The position numbers were made by a program, and so were the translations under genes. The notes below the pieces were generated by a model. It was not told the DNA's origin. It saw nothing but the letters and a program-made list of their open reading frames with translations, and did no database searches. Positions 60,625 to 64,000 of a stretch of 64,000 nt of DNA are shown piece by piece. The first letter of the stretch is position 1; the number at the start of each line of letters is the position of its first letter. The DNA is from a virus (Duplodnaviria > Heunggongvirae > Uroviricota > Caudoviricetes): positions 57,830 through 121,829 of IMG/VR virus record IMGVR_UViG_2822641076_000001; one strand, written 5' to 3'.

Positions 60625-60826
60625 AATATTAGAGAACAAATTACAGGTAATCGAATACTCTCTTATTAGAGTCGAAACTGTGTATAATGCGTTTAAGGAT
60701 AACGAAGAAATTGAGAAGCAGGATTTTGAAGAAATTGAAAGACGCTATTTGTCTCTCAAGAACTCAAAAGGTGATTTACAAAATGCTCTTCGAATCTTAT
60801 ATGAGCAAGGAGTAACAAGGGTTTAA
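60596..60826 (+). CDS. hypothetical protein (76 aa, GTG start)
   Basis: AAGGAG SD 9 nt before the GTG. Confidence 0.45.
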   Translation: MKPYVDKALEILENKLQVIEYSLIRVETVYNAFKDNEEIEKQDFEEIERRYLSLKNSKGDLQNALRILYEQGVTRV

Positions 60827-60835
60827 TTTTTTACA

Positions 60836-60856
60836 ACAAGTGTAAAAAATAATGAA
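60836..60856 (+). promoter_or_regulatory. canonical motif copy upstream of the Prs-like gene
   Basis: Exact 21-mer abutting the SD (GAAGGAGAGGG). Confidence 0.5.
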
Positions 60857-60870
60857 GGAGAGGGAATGAA

Positions 60871-61680
60871 ATGATTAAGATTAATGGTGCAAGACTTGAT
60901 TTCTCAGAGTTTCCAAATGGTGAAACTAAAGTGGATGCAAAACTTATTAAAGCCAATGCTCATCCTACTAAGAATACCATCATGTTCAAATATGAAACAG
61001 ATGGAGATTTAATCAAATTAATGTTTGTTAAGAACTACCTAGACAATATGGGCTTAGATGCAGAATTGAAGATTATGTACATGCCTTACAGTCGTATGGA
61101 CAGAGTTGAAGGTGTTTCTGCATTTACTCTAAAGGATGTTGCAAACTTCATTAACAAGATGAAATTCAAGAAGGTCTATGTTTATGAAGCTCATTCAGAT
61201 GTAACACCTGCTCTATTAGACCGATGCGAGGTCATTGATTACTCTGAGCAAATTTTAGAGGATGTAATTGAAATCGTTGGGTTTGATGAGAAAAGAGATT
61301 ATGTTTTCTTCCCCGATGCAGGTGCATCTAAACGTTACAAGTCCGCTAAAAAGTATCGCCACCTTGTAGGTCACAAACAACGTGATTTCGATAGCGGAAA
61401 TATCGAAAGTCTTGAAGTGATGGGTGAAGTTGATGGCGCAGGATTCACAGCAATTATTGTGGACGACCTTTGCTCATTTGGTGGCACATTCTTTCGAAGC
61501 GCTACAGAGTTAAAGAAATTAGGAGCTTCTAGAATCTATCTAGTAGTCACTCACTGTGAAAACTCTATTTACAAAGGTGAGTTATTAAAGACTGATTTGA
61601 TTGATGGAATTTTTACAACTGACAGCATCTTGAATGAAGAAGAGTATGACGACAGATTGTGGGTGCGTCCATTACTATGA
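60871..61680 (+). CDS. prs: ribose-phosphate pyrophosphokinase (PRPP synthetase) family protein (269 aa)
   Basis: PRPP/PRTase-binding loop AIIVDDLCSFGGTF (VDDxxxTGGT type). N-terminal Prs-like fold (FSEFPNGETKVD..., KIMYMPYSRMDR resembling PYfgYaRQDR). Somewhat shorter than canonical Prs. Confidence 0.65.
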   Translation: MIKINGARLDFSEFPNGETKVDAKLIKANAHPTKNTIMFKYETDGDLIKLMFVKNYLDNMGLDAELKIMYMPYSRMDRVEGVSAFTLKDVANFINKMKFKKVYVYEAHSDVTPALLDRCEVIDYSEQILEDVIEIVGFDEKRDYVFFPDAGASKRYKSAKKYRHLVGHKQRDFDSGNIESLEVMGEVDGAGFTAIIVDDLCSFGGTFFRSATELKKLGASRIYLVVTHCENSIYKGELLKTDLIDGIFTTDSILNEEEYDDRLWVRPLL

Positions 61681-62159
61681 TTGAAATTGTAGAAGGCAAC
61701 TTATTAGATGCAACAGAGGATGCTATCGTACAGCAAGTGAATTGCCAAGGTGTGATGGGGAGTGGATTAGCTAAGCAGATTAGAGCTAAACATCCCGAAG
61801 TATACAAAATGTATCAAGCACATTGTGATGGTAAGAATCCACAGGCATTACTGGGAGATATTCAAGCTATATATCTTCGAGACGAAAACAGCAAACCTCA
61901 AGATGAGTATGAGTTCGTTGTGAATATCTTTGGTCAATTAAACTATGGACGAGAAAATGTTTTATATACAAATTATGATGCATTGCGTAAAGGCTTAGTG
62001 ACGCTCAGAGATGATGCTAGCGAATTAGGAGTATCAATTGCTATTCCATATAATCTAGGATGCGGTCTAGCTAACGGTGACTGGGATAATGTTGTTTATC
62101 CAATGATTCAAGAGATTTTCAAAGATTATGGTGTAACAATCTATAAATATAAAGGTTAA
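61677..62159 (+). CDS. macro-domain (ADP-ribose-binding) protein (160 aa)
   Basis: MIEIVEGNLLDATEDAIVQQVNCQGVMGSGLAKQI matches the macro-domain N-terminal consensus (G-D-I-T...IVNAAN...GGGV). ATGA overlap with the Prs-like gene. Confidence 0.7.
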   Translation: MIEIVEGNLLDATEDAIVQQVNCQGVMGSGLAKQIRAKHPEVYKMYQAHCDGKNPQALLGDIQAIYLRDENSKPQDEYEFVVNIFGQLNYGRENVLYTNYDALRKGLVTLRDDASELGVSIAIPYNLGCGLANGDWDNVVYPMIQEIFKDYGVTIYKYKG

Positions 62160-62174
62160 AAGGGGCTAATAATT

Positions 62175-63923
62175 ATGACAGACTTTATTCATTCAACTGA
62201 AATGGAAAACTTTCTTCCACCAACTTTACTGTGCGATTTCTACAAACTATCTCATCGCCCACAGTATCCGAAAGGTACAGAGGTAATCTATTCAACTATG
62301 ACACCACGTTCAAACAAACATATGCCTACGATTGATAAGGTAGTAGTATTTGAGATTCAATCATTCATCAAGGAGTTCTTAATTGGTTACTTTAACAAAT
62401 ACTTCTTTGCACGTAAGAAAGAAGTTGTCTTAGCAGAGTACGCACGAGTTATCAAATTCTGCTTAGGTGAAGAGAATCCTGACACAACTCATATTGCTGA
62501 GCTTCATGATTTAGGATATTTACCAGTACGAATCAAAGCTTTAAAAGAAGGTACGCTAGCACCAATGAAAGTTCCAGTGATGACTATCGAAAATACGATG
62601 CCAAAGTTCTTTTGGATTACTAATTACTTAGAAACATTACTTAGCACTGAGATTTGGCAAGGGATGACTTCTGCTTCAATTGCGTTGCAGTACCGTAAGA
62701 TTTTAAATGAGTACGCTATGAAGACAACTGGAAGCACTGACGGTGTTGTATTCCAAGGACACGATTTCTCAATGCGTGGAATGAGTTCTCTGCAATCAGC
62801 ACAGAAAAGTGGAGCAGGTCACCTATTATCATTCGTAGGAACGGATACTGTCCCTGCAATCTTATACTTAGAGCAGTTCTACAATGCAAACATCGAGAAA
62901 GAGCTTGTAGGAACGAGTATTCCTGCTACAGAGCATTCGGTAATGTGTGCGAATGGTCAAAATGAGTATGAAGTATTCAAGCGTATGATTACAGAGGTTT
63001 ACCCAAAAGGCTTTGTATCTATTGTTTCTGACACATGGGACTTTTGGAACATTGTCGGTGAGATTATTCCACGACTGAAAGAAGTAATTGAAAACCGTGA
63101 TGGTAAAGTTGTTATCCGTCCTGACAGTGGTATTCCTGAGGATATTCTTTGTGGCACTCATATCCCTGACCTTACAGGATTGAAATATGTAGATAACTTA
63201 GAAGATGCTAAAGAGTACTTCTATGAATATCTAATGGAAGAATTACGTGAAGATACTCCGCATGGTGAACATGGAGATACTGAAACGTCAGGGCAATTTA
63301 AGTTTGAAGGCAAATACTATGAATTAGACATCGAAGTTGAGTATGACCGTCATGACAAGCGATTCTACTACATTTGTGACGACAGAGTAAAACGTTTTGA
63401 AGAGTTCACTCCAAGTGTTGCAGATTTAGGATTAATTGAGGCACTTTGGAACATTTTCGGTGGAACTATCACAGAGCAAGGATACAAAGTATTAGCACCT
63501 TGTATCGGAGCAATTTATGGAGATGCAATCACATTAGAGCGTTGTAAAACAATTTGTCATCGTCTTGCAGAAAAAGGTTTCGCATCTACTAACGTAGTGT
63601 TCGGTATTGGTTCATACACATACCAGTTCAACACACGAGATACGTTCGGATTTGCTATGAAAGCTACATATGCAGTGATTAATGGCGAAGAAAAATTAAT
63701 CTACAAAGACCCGAAAACAGATGATGGTACGAAAAAATCTCAAAAAGGTCGAGTAGTAGTAATTGAAGAAGATGGCGAACTGAAATTAATTGATGGATTA
63801 AATAAAGAAGAGCAAGTAAGTTACTTTGGCAAAGACCAATTAGAGCAAGTATTCTTCAATGGTCAACTGCACCGTGACGAAAGCCTACAAGAGATTCGTG
63901 AACGAGTTGCAATGAACTTTTAA
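62175..63923 (+). CDS. nadV: nicotinamide phosphoribosyltransferase (Nampt/NadV family) (582 aa)
   Basis: Nampt signature GHDFSMRGMSS (DFGxRG type). The size and N-terminal FLPPTLLCDFYKLSH fit Nampt. Confidence 0.7.
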   Translation: MTDFIHSTEMENFLPPTLLCDFYKLSHRPQYPKGTEVIYSTMTPRSNKHMPTIDKVVVFEIQSFIKEFLIGYFNKYFFARKKEVVLAEYARVIKFCLGEENPDTTHIAELHDLGYLPVRIKALKEGTLAPMKVPVMTIENTMPKFFWITNYLETLLSTEIWQGMTSASIALQYRKILNEYAMKTTGSTDGVVFQGHDFSMRGMSSLQSAQKSGAGHLLSFVGTDTVPAILYLEQFYNANIEKELVGTSIPATEHSVMCANGQNEYEVFKRMITEVYPKGFVSIVSDTWDFWNIVGEIIPRLKEVIENRDGKVVIRPDSGIPEDILCGTHIPDLTGLKYVDNLEDAKEYFYEYLMEELREDTPHGEHGDTETSGQFKFEGKYYELDIEVEYDRHDKRFYYICDDRVKRFEEFTPSVADLGLIEALWNIFGGTITEQGYKVLAPCIGAIYGDAITLERCKTICHRLAEKGFASTNVVFGIGSYTYQFNTRDTFGFAMKATYAVINGEEKLIYKDPKTDDGTKKSQKGRVVVIEEDGELKLIDGLNKEEQVSYFGKDQLEQVFFNGQLHRDESLQEIRERVAMNF

Positions 63924-63932
63924 TTTTTAATA

Positions 63933-63953
63933 ACAAGTGTAAAAAATAATGAA
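63933..63953 (+). promoter_or_regulatory. canonical motif copy after the nadV stop
   Basis: Exact 21-mer at the window's 3' edge. Confidence 0.5.
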
Positions 63954-64000
63954 TTTACAGAGGTGTCCAAGTGATGCTTCTGTAAATAATAACAGAATGG

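Noticed and set aside
92-61807. All minus-strand ORFs in the track (e.g. 92..334, 3787..4059, 9464..9790, 21651..22061, 33450..33875, 40345..40677, 46673..47044, 59559..59987, 61613..61807)
   Set aside because: Each lies entirely inside or antisense to a well-supported + strand gene or intergenic promoter array. None has a Shine-Dalgarno sequence. Their products are low-complexity, Ser/Leu/Ile-rich, as expected from AT-rich antisense DNA.
1-64000. tRNA, rRNA or tmRNA genes
   Set aside because: No GC-rich, ORF-free segment of 70-90 nt with cloverleaf-compatible inverted repeats was found. The few ORF-free regions are AT-rich promoter/terminator clusters.

Overview
This is a 64-kb window from a large, low-GC (about 38%) double-stranded DNA phage, apparently virulent, of a Bacillus-like Firmicutes host. 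The host assignment rests on AGGAGG-type Shine-Dalgarno sites, frequent TTG/GTG starts, TTGACA-17-TATAAT promoters with TGn extensions, TTATCCACA DnaA boxes, a class Ib nrdI-nrdE-nrdF operon and NupC. Every credible gene is on the + strand; I counted about 120 ORFs, many of them small overlapping reading frames with ATGA-type overlaps. No integrase, tRNA or CRISPR was seen. The window reads as three blocks. (1) 1-8.9 kb is an early region with host-type sigma-A promoters. It holds an actin-like (ParM/Alp family) ATPase operon preceded by a 10-bp-periodic TATAAT repeat array, winged-helix proteins and a putative replication initiator. Next to the initiator lies an iteron and DnaA-box origin (nine copies of the palindrome TATCAC-N4-GTGATA plus two TTATCCACA boxes). 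(2) 9-60 kb is a middle region. Its intergenic spaces carry more than 25 copies of a conserved 21-bp element, (t)tACAAGTGTAAAAAATAATGAA, which I read as a phage-specific promoter, probably served by the phage sigma factor at 12816-13550. This block encodes SSB and a Sak4-like ATPase, a DnaB-like helicase, primase, RecJ, DNA polymerase III alpha, ATP-dependent DNA ligase, RNase H, and a T4 Rnl1-like RNA ligase next to a polynucleotide-kinase/HD-phosphatase (an RNA repair cassette). It also encodes a bactofilin-like protein and an SPFH protein followed by a secreted e(P4)-type acid phosphatase. The largest unit is a nucleotide module: nrdI-nrdE-nrdF with a thioredoxin-like gene, dUTPase, nucleoside 2-deoxyribosyltransferase, deoxynucleoside kinase, a NupC transporter and thymidine kinase. 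(3) At the 3' end, a PRPP-synthetase-like gene, a macro-domain gene and a Nampt-like gene sit together and look like an NAD+ salvage or reconstitution module, possibly a counter-defence against host NAD+ depletion. Several candidate noncoding RNAs, unusual hairpins and paired promoter arrangements are described in the findings.
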